Below are positions 47,200 through 60,656 of a DNA stretch of 64,000 nucleotides, one piece after another. Below the pieces are notes generated by a model. The model was given only the letters and a program-made list of their open reading frames with translations. It was not told the origin of the DNA and made no database searches. The stretch lies in assembly GCA_002269645.1 (NCBI GenBank), contig NIVC01001511.1, forward strand, positions 186,001 to 250,000, read 5' to 3'. Each line of letters opens with the position of its first letter. Position 1 is the stretch's first letter. This DNA is from Macrostomum lignano (Eukaryota). Made by a program: the position numbers and the translations under genes.

Positions 47200-50170
47200 C
47201 CCCCCATCCAAAGAATCTCTCATCCATAAAATCCCTGATGCAAATAATCTCACATGCAAAAAACCCTCATCCAAAGAATCCCCATACAAGGAACCCCCCA
47301 TCGACAGAATCCCCGATCCGAAGAATTTCCCATTCAAGGAATCCTCTATCTGTAGAATTCCCTATTTAATTAATCGCCCATCCATAGAATCTCACATGCA
47401 AAGAATACCAATCCTTCCCGTCCCATCCCCATCCCATCCCATTGATAGAATCCCCGATCCGAAGAATTCCCAATTCAAGGAATCCTCCCATCTGAAGAAT
47501 TCCTCGTCCAATGAATCCCTTATTCAAGAAATCCCCATACACAGAAACCCTCTATCCAAAGAATCCCCCCACCCATCCCTATCCAAAGAATCGCCCATCC
47601 ATCCCTATCTAAAGAATACCCCATCGGTCCCTATCCCAAGAATCCTCCTATTCATCCCTATCCAAAGAATTTCCCCATCCATTTCTATCTAAATAATCCC
47701 TCAACCATCCATATCCAAAAAATTCCTCCTCCAAAAAATCCCCCTCCAAAGAATTCACATCCTGAAATAATCCCACATCAAAAGAATAATTGGCCAAATA
47801 ATCCCAGAATCCCCTCATCTAAAGAACCCCCGTTCAAATAACCCCCATCTAAAGAATCATTCATCTAAAGAATCCCCCATTCAAAAAGCCCTCCACCAAA
47901 ACAATGCCCCACCGAAGAAATTGCCCAATGAATCACCTATCCAAATTTATCCATTAGAAGCATCCCTCATCCAAAGAATCATCAATCCATAGAATTCCCC
48001 CAAGACTTAACATCTCAGCAATTCCCCCAAGCCTCGACACCTCAGAAATTTTCCCCAAGCATTGACATCTAAGCAATTCCGGCGCAAGCCTTGACATGTT
48101 ACCAATTTCTCCCCGCCAAAAGCCTTGACATCTCAGTAATTCCCCTCCCCAAGCCTTGATATCTCAGTAATTCTCCTAGTAAGCCTTCATATCTCAGTAA
48201 TTCTCCCAGTTAGCCTTCATATCTCAGTAATTCCTCCAGTAAGTCTTGACATCTTAGCAATTTCTCCCCGTCCAAAGCCTTGGCATCTTAGCGATTCCCC
48301 TCCCCGAGACTTAAGACCTCAGCAATTCCTTTTTAAGCCTTCAAACCTCAGCAATTCCCCCACAAGCCTTGACATCTCAGCGATTCCCTCTTAAGCCTTC
48401 ACATCTCAGCGATTCCCCCCACAAGCCTTGACATCTCAGAAATTCCCCTAAGCCTTGACATCTGAGTAATTCTCCTTCCCAAGTCTTGAAATCTCAGGAA
48501 CTCCCTCTTAAGCCTTGGCATCTCAGCAATTCCCCAACAAGACTTGACACCTCAGCAATTCCCTCTTAAGCCTTGGCATCTCAGCAAGTCCCTCTTAAGC
48601 CTTCACATGTCATTAATTCCCCAAGGTAAGATTTTATACATGTATCTCAATAATTCCCCCTGTAAATCTTGACATCTTAAAATTCTCTTCCGAGCAAGCA
48701 TCCCCCAAGAGCGAGCGTCCTTCCGATAGCAAGCATCCCCTGATAGAAATTACCTCCTGCAAGATTAGTGAAGCAATTTCCTCAGCTAGCCAATTCCAAC
48801 TCCCGTTGGGGCTTTCCGTCCAAACTCCAGCCACAGTTTTCCCACGCAATAAAATTTCACCCAACTGAATCTCCCATCCAAAGAATCCCTCATCCAAAGA
48901 ATACACCACCCATAGAATCCACGATACAAAGAATCTCACATGCAAAGAATCCGCCATCCAAAAAACCTCCCATCGATAGAATCACCGATCCGAAGAATCC
49001 CCCATCTAAAGAATCCCCATCCAAAGAATCCCCCATCCAAAGAATCCCCCATCCAAAGAATCCCCCATCCAAAGAATCCCCCATCCAAAGAATCCCCCAT
49101 CCAAAGAATCCCCCATCTAAAGAATCCCCCATCCAAAGAATCCCCATCTAAAGAATCCCCCATCCAAAGAATTCCCCATTCAAGGAATTCTCCTATCTGA
49201 AGAATTGCCCATCCATAGAATCTTACATGCAGAGAATCCCCATCCAAAGAACCCCATCGATAGAATCCCCGATCCGAAGAATCCCCCTATCCATCCCTAT
49301 CCAAAAAATCCCCGACCTCCATCCATATAAAAAAATCCCCCATCCAAAGAACCCAGCTATCAATAGAATCCCGGATCCAAAGAATTCCCCATTCAAGGAA
49401 TTCTCCTATCTGAAGAACTTCCCATCCAATGCATTGCCCATCCATAACATCTCACATGCAAAGAATCCCCTTCAAAAGAATCCCTATTTAAAGAATCCCT
49501 CATTCACAGAATCCCTATCGAAAGAATCCCCCCACCCATCCATATCCAAAGAATCCCCCATCCATCCCTATCGAAAAAATGCCCCTATTTATCCCTATCC
49601 AAAGAATCCTCCTATCAATCCCCATCCATTCCTATCTAAAGAATCCCCCTCCAAATAATCTCCATGCAAATAATCCACGTCCAAATAATCCCCATCCACA
49701 TTATCCCTTGATTCTCCCATCAAAAGAATAATTGGCCACAGAATACCCTCATCTAAAAAAACCCGTTAAAAAATCCACGTCCAAATAATCCCCATCAACA
49801 GAATTCCCCATTCAAGGAATCCAAAGAATCTCCCATCCAAATAATCCGCCCATGAATAGAATTTTTGGCCAAAGAATCCCCTAATCTCCTCGAGATATCC
49901 ATTAGAAGCATCTCTCGTTCAAAGATTCCCCAATCCATAGAATTCTTCCCCAAGACTTAACATCTCAGCAATTCCCACCAAGCCTTGACACCTCAGAAAT
50001 TCCCTTCAAGCCTTGACATCTCAGCAATTCACTCTTAAGCCTTGGCATCTCAGTAATTATCTCAGTAAGCCCTTATATCTCAGTAATTCCCCCAGTAAGT
50101 CTTGAAATCTCAGCAATTCCCCTCACGTCTTGATATCTCAGAAATTCCCTCTTAGCCTTGGCATCTCAGT
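47200..50170. repeat. Alternating 16-bp (CCAAAGAATCCCCCAT) and ~30-bp (AAGCCTTGACATCTCAGCAATTCCCC..) satellites inside unit 3
   Basis: 16-bp arrays at ~47200-47990 and 48860-49950; 30-bp arrays at ~48000-48680 and 49950-50170. Confidence 0.85.
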
Positions 50171-51799
50171 TTAATAAAAAAATTTGAATATACTACATGA
50201 ATACTCGTAGCTTCTCTTCTACCTGATTTACCTGACGTTTTTTAGTTTTCTTTAGCTAAAAAGTTTAAAATTAATTTTTTTAATAAAAAACTTCTACAAT
50301 TTAAAAATTCGAACCCACGTCGCTGCATTAGCAGGTCAGTCTGTTTGCCTCTAGGCTATCTCTCATTGTTTTGATAACATAAATTGTAGCACTTACGAGT
50401 ACATAATTCAACACTTTCAAAACTCCACGCACAGAGTAAATCATACGAAGCAGTTATGACATAATTTCTCAGCCAGTCTGTATCAGTTTCAAATAAAGTC
50501 ACCAATATGGTTACGCAATCTAAATCTAAATTCAATGGCGCTGGCTTGAATTGTGGAGTTGCGATAAAGTAGGGGTTTGCGATATTGGAGAGTGTACAAT
50601 GAGTATATAAAGTAAAATTCATAGGAATCTTCTTTTTAATGCTGTGCTTTCAATTTTTCGAATCTAAGCAAAGAAATTATATTCCCGAACTCAGCGTTTC
50701 AAGCTCTTTCTAGCAATACAAGGGCACAAGGCTCTCTTCTGAAAGTAAAAAACTCGAAGCACAAACAACGATTAAACATTCCTGCTTTAAAGCATTCAAA
50801 TTCATAAGGTGTACATTCAGCGCTAGCTACAGTGAGAGGCCTGCAAGTTGATGCATTGAAATTAACAACCAAGCCAGCCCATGAATAATTGAATAGTGAC
50901 ACCCGCCCCTCAATTTCAATAACTTAAAGGTGTTGCGCAACCTTTCAACGCTTGTAGCTCTCCACGCGAGTGTAGAGAACCAATGCTATAGTTGGCACTG
51001 AGTTATGATGCAATACAATTCCATCGGCAGTCAGACTCCTTCTCAATCGGAAAGAACTGTTTAAACTTTAAAAAACAGGGAGAAAATCGAGTTTTTCGAA
51101 TATTTAGGCCCGAAAAAATGAAGCAATTTCTTAGCGAAATTTCGTGTACCAGCGCGTCATCAATACGCATCGAATGCAGAAAACCCCACGAAATTCCGAC
51201 CATGTAGAGTGAAGTTAAGCGAAGGTTCCTATAGGTACATAGTTTTGATTTTTAGTATATTGGACTAGCCATTTAGCCCCCCGCTGGGGGGCCTAATGTG
51301 ATGACAACAATAGGTTTTTATTTTGGCCCAAGAGTAACCATTAATTTCCATTTCCAATAATCAAAAAAGACGTTTTCCGATTTTGGCAAAAATAAATTGC
51401 CATGAATCAAAACTTTCACCAGTCAAAAAAGTTTCCTTCAGCCCAAAACCCTATTTCAATCAGCAAATAGTGCTTATCCTTTCAAGGACAAACTCTTAGT
51501 GAATATCGTCATTGGAGTGGGCATGTTCTGGTCCGCAGCAGGAGCTCAATACGCCAATCCCTGACGGCCTTAGACCCATCTTTATTAGCCTAAGTCAAAG
51601 AACCATCAACCATTAACCTTCAATAAATACGCCGGTGTTTCCTATATTTCCTATTAGCAGAAATCAGCATCACTTGCGTGTACTATTTCAATATCTAAAT
51701 TAAATGAGCTACTTGAGCCGTACTACTTGACAATCTGACAATCGCTCAACAATCTAACCCCCTCCCCCCAACAATTCAGTGATCCCCCGAGCAGCAGTT

Positions 51800-53350
51800 A
51801 TACTTAACCCTTGATATCTCAGCAATTCCCCCAGTAAGCCTTGGCATCTCAAAAATTTCCTGAGTAGGCCTTAACATCTCAGCAATTTCCCCATTAAGCC
51901 TTGGCATCTAAAAAATTTCCTCAGTAAGCCTTGGCATCTCAGCAATTCCCCCAGTAAGCCTTGACATCTCAGCGTTTCCCCCAGTAAGCCTTGACATCTC
52001 AAAAATTTCCTCAGTAAGCCTTGGCATCTAAAAAAATTCCTCAGTAAGCGTTGACACGTCCAAAATTTCCTCAAAAAGCCTTAACATCTCAGCGATTCCC
52101 CCATTAAGCCTTGGCATCTAAAAAATTTCCTCAGTAAGCCTTGGCATCTCAGCAATTCCCCCAGTAAGCCTTGGCATCTCAGAAATTCCCCCAGTAAGCC
52201 TTGGCATCTCAGAAATTCCCCCAGTTAGCCTTAACATCTCAGCGATTCCCCCATTAAGCCTTGGCATCTCAGCAATTCCCCCAGTAAGCCTTGACATCTC
52301 ATCAGAGGTCTCATAAGCTCATAGCCCTTGAAATCTCTTTTTTTACCGAAAGCTTGGACCTGTAATCTGTTCCCCGAAGAGCCAAAGCATTTATCTGTAA
52401 GTATTCACCCCATGAGCCTTTATTCTTAGCAATTACACCAGGAATCCTTTATGGTTGATACGACGATTGTTCTATAATTGAACTCTAACCCTAACCATAA
52501 CCCTTAACCTGCAGCCGAGTCACAGCATTTTAGCAACTCCCTCTCAGCCCAAGAATTTAAGCAATTCCACCATGAGCTTTCGAAATCGAAAACTTTCCCC
52601 AATGAGCCTTAAAATTTAGCGACCAACCCATCTTGGCAATTCCACATGAGTCATGGTTGAAAACTAACCCTAGCCCAGCCAAGTCACAGCGTTTCAGCAA
52701 GTTCCACCATGAACCATAGTATTTCAACAACTACCCTTGACAATTATTGAATTTCAGCTACTCCCTTATGAGCCTTTGACATTTCAGCCAATCTCATGTG
52801 AACCTTAGTATCTCAGCAATACCCAAAGAGCCACAGTCTACAGCATTACAGGGATCCCCCGTGAGCGTTGACATTTCAGTGATTCCTTAATGAGCCTTGA
52901 TCTCTCAGTATTATCTCAGAAACTCCTAATTGAGCCACAAAATTTAGGCAATATCCCCAAGTCTTGCAATCACGGCAATTTCCCCCGAGCCTTGAGCCAC
53001 AGTATAATCCAGATATCCCCCCATGAGCTGTGACATTCCTCGATGAGTCTTTAATGTTTGACAGGCCAATTCATTTATGGTATAACCCTTACCTTACCCT
53101 AACAATCTCGGCCATTCCCCAACAGCCACAGCATTCCAGTAATTATCCCCATGAGCTTTTACAGCAAAGAAATTTCCAATGAGCCTTTATAACTCAGCAA
53201 TTTCACAAATGAAACTTGGAATCAAAGCAATTTTCCCCAGAATTACATCATTATAGCAATTCCCCCTAAGCCTTGAGATCTTAGAAATTCTCCCAGGAGT
53301 CTTGACATCAAAGCAATTTCCCATACCAGCCCTGACATCTTAACAATTCA
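51800..53350. repeat. 30-bp satellite inside unit 4, decaying rightwards
   Basis: TAAGCCTTGGCATCTCAGCAATTCCCCCAG; clean to ~52320, degenerate after. Confidence 0.8.
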
Positions 53351-56300
53351 CATTGAGTATTTTATTCTCGACAGACCGCTTCTTTTATGGTTGACATGAT
53401 GATTCTTTTTTCGCTTTTTCTTGCGTTGAGTTTTCTTCTGTTCAAAGTAGAATTTATTAAAAAAATTACAGTGGTTCACTATTACTTTAGCAATGGTTCA
53501 CCAGCAGTTCAGCAATAATTCACCAGCACTTTCCGCAAAATCTGCGAGAAGATGGCCACTTATCTCCATATTTGAACCTAACCCCCATAAATCGGCATTT
53601 TTCTCCACAACAACCTGAAATTATCCCTGCATCTAATCCCGCAAAAAGACTGCAGTTATTTCTTAGCAGCCGGCATTTATCATCCACTTTGCATTCTACA
53701 ACTTTTATTAAAATTAAGCATGTATACCCTCAGCGACATAGAATTGTCCCCGAAGCAAAAAATATTTCACTCAGCAGCTCACGGTAATCCCCTTAACCAC
53801 TTGTACTTAATCTCCCACAGTTAATATTCACTCAAAACTCAATAGTTTTTCGTTACCCTCAGAAGTCTGCCATTATCCCCCAATTAGTCGGCAGTTTTCC
53901 CTCTCAGCAGTCTGCAGCTATACGCTCATAAGTCTTTAGGAACTACCACAACAGTTTGCAGTTTTCCCCCTCTGCAATCTGCAATGATCCCTTCGACAAT
54001 CTCCAGTTCCCCTCAGCAGTCTGCAGTCATTCCATTTGCAGACTACAACTGTTCCATTAACAATTTTCATTCATCCTCTCAGCAGCCTGCAGTTCTCCTG
54101 TCGGCCGGCTCCTCAGTCTCCTCTGCAAACTGAAATTTGCTCAGCATTTTACGGCTTACTAATAAATTTTCGATACATATCGGCAGTCTTGCAAAACTCA
54201 GCATGTCTTGCAAAACTCAGCATTTAGCAATACCTTCAGCAGTTTTTTTCAGAATCGTCTGCAGTTTAGCAATTTCATACTTTCATGGAACTATGCCATA
54301 TACCCATTGATGGGATCAGTACGCTCGTAATACATGTACTCGAAGCAGTTTTTACAAATTAAATTAGCTTAGCGACTTGTGCCAAATAGCAAAAATATTT
54401 CAATAAGTGTGCCTTGTTAATTAAGCATAATAGTTCCAATTGGTCAAAGCACAAGCTAAAATGAAATAATTAGTTCAATTTTGATTGTCCGTTGCTAGGC
54501 AGACTCGAACCTGGGACCTTACGCCTATCCTAAACCTGGTCCTGGTGCCTACAGTGCGGCTACTCCGCCTATTGATCGGAGTGCGACAAAATCAGCCATA
54601 TATCCTTTGGCACTGCAGTCAAATACACAGCAGTGATAGGCTGCTTAGTGCACGGGTTGTATGCAGGCAGAGCCAATGCGCAGTTAAGTGAAATCTATAA
54701 ATTATATTTAACTCTGGAGGAACTACTTCACAGTCTGCAGTTCTTCTCTGGCCGGCACCTCAGTCCCCTTAGGAAACTGCAATTTGCTCAGAATTGTACG
54801 GCTCACTAATCATTTTTCGATACATATCGGCAGTCTTGAAAAGCTCTGCATTTGGCAATACCTTTAAGCAATTTAGCAGCATTGTCTGCAGTTTAGTAAT
54901 TTCGTACCTTTATGGAGCTAGACAATACCCATTGATGGGATCAGTAATACTCGAAGCAGTTTTTACAAATCAAATTTGATTAGTGGCTTGTGCCGAGTAG
55001 CAAAAAATGAATTGCTAATTAATAAACAATGTTTCAATTGAAATTAATCAAAAAAAATGTTCCAATTAGTCGAGGCACAAGCAATAAATTATTCAATTAT
55101 TTTAATTTTAATTATCCACTGGGGAGGCAGACTCGAACCTTGGACCTTACGCCTCGCCTAAACCTAGTCATAGTGCCTACAGTGCGGCTACTCCGCCTAT
55201 TGATGGGAGGACAGCAAAATCAGCCATATATGCTTCAGAACTTCACTTAAAATACATAGCAGTGACAGGCTGCTCAGTGTGTAGGCGTGCAGGCGGAGCC
55301 AATGCACAGTTTATTGAGTGAAATCTATAAATAGCAATTTTCTATGAAGTCCGCCAGTCAGAGCCAGGGTCAGAATGTACACACGCAGCCACTGAGCATT
55401 TTTTCTCTCCTTGCACACTGCAGCCAGTATTGAAGCTTACACAGTGGAGAGAGAAAAGTTATGGCGCAATCATAATTGGAATAGGAATTCAGCCAGTCAA
55501 GAATTCAACCTCGTTTGCCCTCCCATTAAAAGCATTGGGAAAACTCGTTTTTCGAATATTTAATACCTTTAGCATTAAAGCCGATTAAAGAAATTTTAAC
55601 TGTCTTCTTTTCAGATAATTACGAATCTTTTGGCGAAAAAGCGATCAAAATTGGTCAAGAATTGTGGTCTCTAGAGCGTTACAAACAAACCGATCTTAGA
55701 CATTTAGAACTGTCTGCCAGCATCCAGAATTTTTTATTATTTTTGACCCCTGGTACGAGTATTATTGCGCAATTTAAATAGAGTAACTATATTGGCAGTG
55801 GTTCACAGTGAGTTTTCTTTTCAGTTGGCTCTGACGCAATCATTAAAATTGGCTGTGAATTCTCTCGCTGCGAGCAGGTTGATAAAAAATACATTGAATT
55901 TGCCCATTTAAAACAGTTTTTCGAATATTTAATCCCTTTAGCATTGAAGCAGATACAAGAAATTTTAACCATACAATCCCAGGCCAATTACAAATCTTTT
56001 GGCGAAAACGCGTTCAAAATTGGTCAAGAATAGCTCGCTCTAGAGCGTTATGGACATTCATTCATTCAAGCATACAAACCTTAGAGATTTAGTATATTTA
56101 GACTAGCCATTTAGCCCCCCGCTGGGGAGCCCTAAAATGACACTAATTGGTTTTTATTATGGCACAAGAGAAACCTTACTATAATTATCCAAAATGTTGA
56201 TTTCCATTAATCAAAAATTACCTTTTGTCATTTTGCCAAAAATAGATTGCCATGAAATAGAACTATCATCAGCCAAAAAAGTTACCTTCATCAGCCCAAA

Positions 56301-57407
56301 ACCCTTTCTTAATCAGCAAATAGTGCTTATCCTTTTAAGCAAAAACTCTTAGTGCATATCGTCGCTGGCCGGGGCATATTCTGATCCGCAGCAAATATGC
56401 AAATCATTGACGGCCTTAGACCCTCTCTCTTAATTAGCCTAAGTCAAAGAATAAATATTTTAATAAATGCGCTGGTATTTCCTATTAGCAGAAATCAGCA
56501 TCACTTGTGTGTACTATTTCATTATCTGAATTACATGAGCTACTTCAGCCGTACTACCTACCGTACTATCTGACAATCGCCCAACAACCTAACCCCCTCC
56601 CCCCAACAATTCAGCTATCGTCCATGAGCCTTGACATCTTAGCAATTCCCCCCAGTAAGCCTTGATATATCAGCAATTCCCCCAGCAAGCCTTGAAATCT
56701 CAGAAATTCCCCCAGTAGGCCTTGACATCTCAGCAATTCCAACAACTTGCTCTGCTATACACTCAGAGGTCTGGAGGAATACCTCAGCAGTTTTTTTCAA
56801 TTTTTCCCATTGCAGTCTGCATGAATGAGTCTTCTCAGCAATGATTCTTTCAGTAATCTGATAATTTGCTCAGTATTTAGTACAGCTCACTAATCAATTT
56901 TGCGATACATATCGGAAGTCTTTTGCGCAGCTGAGCATTTAGCAGTACCTTCAGCTGTTTAGCTATTTAGCAGCATCGTCTGCAATTCGGGAGCAATAAT
57001 ACACGAAGCAGTTTTTTTACAAATCAAATTTTAAAATGCACTGGCTGAAATCAAATCAAATTCAAATTGACAAAATCAAGTTTGTTTAGCAACTTGTGTT
57101 GAATAGCAAAAATCATTCATTGAGTGTGGCTTACTAATTAATCAAAAATGATTCAATTAGTTGAGGCGCAAGCTATAAATGAACTAATTTATTTAATTTT
57201 AATTATCGGCCGGCGAGGCGGACTCGAACCTTGGACCTTAGCCTAGCCTAAACCTAGTCCTAGTGCCTACACTGCGGCTATTCCGCCTACTGATTGGAGG
57301 GCGCAAAAATCAGCCATATATGCTTTGACATTGCGGTCGAATACATAGCAGCGATAGGCTGCTCAGTGTGCACAGGTTTGGTGCTGGCAGAGCCAATGCA
57401 CAGTTAA

Positions 57408-59752
57408 GAGAAATCTATAAATAGCAATTGTCTATGCAGTCCGCCATTCAGCCAGGGTCAGAAGAATGTACACACGCAGCCACTGAGCAGTATTTTGATT
57501 TCAATACTTTTAAAATGCACTGGCTGATTTCTCTCTCCCTCCAGAGTGCCTGCGCAATGCTTGGCACACTGCCTCTACCTAAAAGGCTCAGAGTCAGTTT
57601 ATAGCGAGAATATGCAGTACACAGTTGTGGCGCAATCAAAATTAGATTTGGAATTCAGCCAGTCAAGAATTCAACCTTGCATTAAAAGCATAGGGAAAAC
57701 TCGATTTTCGAATATTTAATGCCTTGAACATTGAAGCAGATTAAAGAAATTCTAACTGTCTTTTTTTCGAATAACTTTTGGCGAAAGCGCGATTAAAATT
57801 GGTCAAGAATTGCAGTCTGTAGAGCGATAGCTAATTAGAGCTGTCTTCCAGCATCGAGAGTACTTTTTATATTCACCCTTTTAATGGTTGCGCAATTTAA
57901 ATAGAGTTTGTTATCTCGCCAGTGGGGCCCAGGGGCCCAGTGAGTTTTCTTATCAGTTGGCTCTGGCGCAATCATTAAAATTGGCTGTGAATTCTATCGC
58001 TGCGAGCAGTTTGATAAAAAATACATTGAATTTGCCCATTTAAAACCGTTTTTCGAATATTTAATCCCTTTAGCATTGAAGCAGATACAAGAAATTTTAA
58101 CCGTCTTCTTTCCAGACAATTTTGAATCTTTTGGCGAAAACGCGATGAAAATCGGTGAAGAATTGCAATCTCTAGAGCGTTATGGACATTCATTCATTCA
58201 AGCATACAAACCTTAGAGATTTAGTATATTTAGACTAGCTAATTAGAGCTGGCTGCCAGCAGCCAGAATAATTTTTTTATTGCCCCCCTTTAAGTGGAGC
58301 GGAGTGAGTTTTCTTATCAGTTGGCTCTGGCGCAATCAATTAAAATTGGCAGTGAAGTTTCTGGCTGATAAAATTTGCATTGAAAAAGGCCATTTAAAAC
58401 AGTTTTTCGAATATTTAATCCCTTAAGCATTGAAACAGATACAAGAAATTTTAACCATACAATCCCAGGCTGATTACAAATCTTTTGACGAAAACGCGAT
58501 CAAAATCGGTGAAGAATTGCTCACTCTAGAGCGTTATGGACATTCATTCAAACATACAAACCTTAGAGATTTAGTATATAGAGAAATCTATAAATAGCAA
58601 TTGTCTATGCAGTCCGCCATTCAGCCAGGGTCAGAAGAATGTACACACGCAGCCACTGAGCAGTATTTTGATTTCAATACTTTTAAAATGCACTGGCTGA
58701 TTTCTCTCTCCCTCCAGAGTGCCTGCGCAATGCTTGGCACACTGCCTCTACCTAAAAGGCTCAGAGTCAGTTTATAGCGAGAATATGCAGTACACAGTTG
58801 TGGCGCAATCAAAATTAGATTTGGAATTCAGCCAGTCAAGAATTCAACCTTGCATTAAAAGCATAGGGAAAACTCGATTTTCGAATATTTAATGCCTTGA
58901 ACATTGAAGCAGATTAAAGAAATTCTAACTGTCTTTTTTTCGAATAACTTTTGGCGAAAGCGCGATTAAAATTGGTCAAGAATTGCAGTCTGTAGAGCGA
59001 TAGCTAATTAGAGCTGTCTTCCAGCATCGAGAGTACTTTTTATATTCACCCTTTTAATGGTTGCGCAATTTAAATAGAGTTTGTTATCTCGCCAGTGGGG
59101 CCCAGGGGCCCAGTGAGTTTTCTTATCAGTTGGCTCTGGCGCAATCATTAAAATTGGCTGTGAATTCTATCGCTGCGAGCAGTTTGATAAAAAATACATT
59201 GAATTTGCCCATTTAAAACCGTTTTTCGAATATTTAATCCCTTTAGCATTGAAGCAGATACAAGAAATTTTAACCGTCTTCTTTCCAGACAATTTTGAAT
59301 CTTTTGGCGAAAACGCGATGAAAATCGGTGAAGAATTGCAATCTCTAGAGCGTTATGGACATTCATTCATTCAAGCATACAAACCTTAGAGATTTAGTAT
59401 ATTTAGACTAGCTAATTAGAGCTGGCTGCCAGCAGCCAGAATAATTTTTTTATTGCCCCCCTTTAAGTGGAGCGGAGTGAGTTTTCTTATCAGTTGGCTC
59501 TGGCGCAATCAATTAAAATTGGCAGTGAAGTTTCTGGCTGATAAAATTTGCATTGAAAAAGGCCATTTAAAACAGTTTTTCGAATATTTAATCCCTTAAG
59601 CATTGAAACAGATACAAGAAATTTTAACCATACAATCCCAGGCTGATTACAAATCTTTTGACGAAAACGCGATCAAAATCGGTGAAGAATTGCTCACTCT
59701 AGAGCGTTATGGACATTCATTCAAACATACAAACCTTAGAGATTTAGTATAT
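57408..59752. repeat. 1173-bp direct tandem duplication (57408-58580 / 58581-59752)
   Basis: Identical ORF pairs offset by exactly 1173 (57448/58621; 57975/59148). Confidence 0.92.
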
Positions 59753-60656
59753 TTAGACTAGCTAATTAGAGCTGGCTGCCAGCAGCCAGAATAAATTTTT
59801 ATTGCCCCCCTTTAAGTGAGGCCCAGTGAGTTTTCTTATCAGTTGGCTCTGGCGCAATCAATTAAAATTGACTGTGAAGTTTCTCGCTGATAAAATTTGC
59901 ATTGAAAAAGCCCATTTAAAACAGTTTTTCGAATATTTAATCCCTTAAGCATTGAAGCAGATACAATAAATTTTAACTGTCTTCTTTCCAGACAATTTTG
60001 AATCTTTTGGCGAAAACGCGATGAAAATCGGTGAAGAATTGCAGTCTCTAGAGCGTTATGGACAAACATACAAACAAACCTTAGAGATTTAGTATATTTA
60101 GATTTCTGGCTGATAAAATTTGCATTGAAAAAGGCCATTTAAAACAGTTTTTCGAATATTTAATCCCTTAAGCATTGAAACAGATACAAGAAATTTTAAC
60201 CATACAATCCCAGGCTGATTACAAATCTTTTGACGAAAACGCGATCAAAATCGGTGAAGAATTGCTCACTCTAGAGCGTTATGGACATTCATTCAAACAT
60301 ACAAACCTTAGAGATTTAGTATATTTAGACTAGAGCGTTATGGACAAACATACAAACAAACAAACAAACAAATATTAGAGATTTAGTATATTTAGAAGAT
60401 AGTATATTTAGATTGCAGTCTCTAGAGCGTTATGGACATTCAAGCAAGCATACAAACCTTAGAGATTTAGTATATTTAGAAGATAGAAGAAGATTAGAGA
60501 TTTAGTATATTTAGATTGCAATCTCTAGAGCGTTATGGACAAACAAACAAATATTAGAGATTTAGTATATTTAGATATGGACATTCAAGCATACAAACCT
60601 TAGAGATTTAGTATATTTAGAAGATTAGATAGAAGATAGATGGAAGATATAGGAAA

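Larger units (their letters stand above)
41168..60648 (-). mobile_element. Head-to-tail stack of non-autonomous Helitron-like elements from at least 4 end-families
   Basis: On the minus strand each unit ends in a GC hairpin plus CTAG (3' ends at 41168, 44231, 47116, 48786, 51265, 56103, 58235, 59408, 59758) abutting the TC start of the next; shared core GGGATTAAATATTCGAAAA and microsatellite near the 5' ends; no RepHel ORF; right boundary approximate. Confidence 0.72.

Noticed and set aside
41168-60648. Autonomous Helitron RepHel gene or captured host exons
   Set aside because: No long ORF and no HUH/PIF1 motif in any frame; short ORFs are repeat-derived
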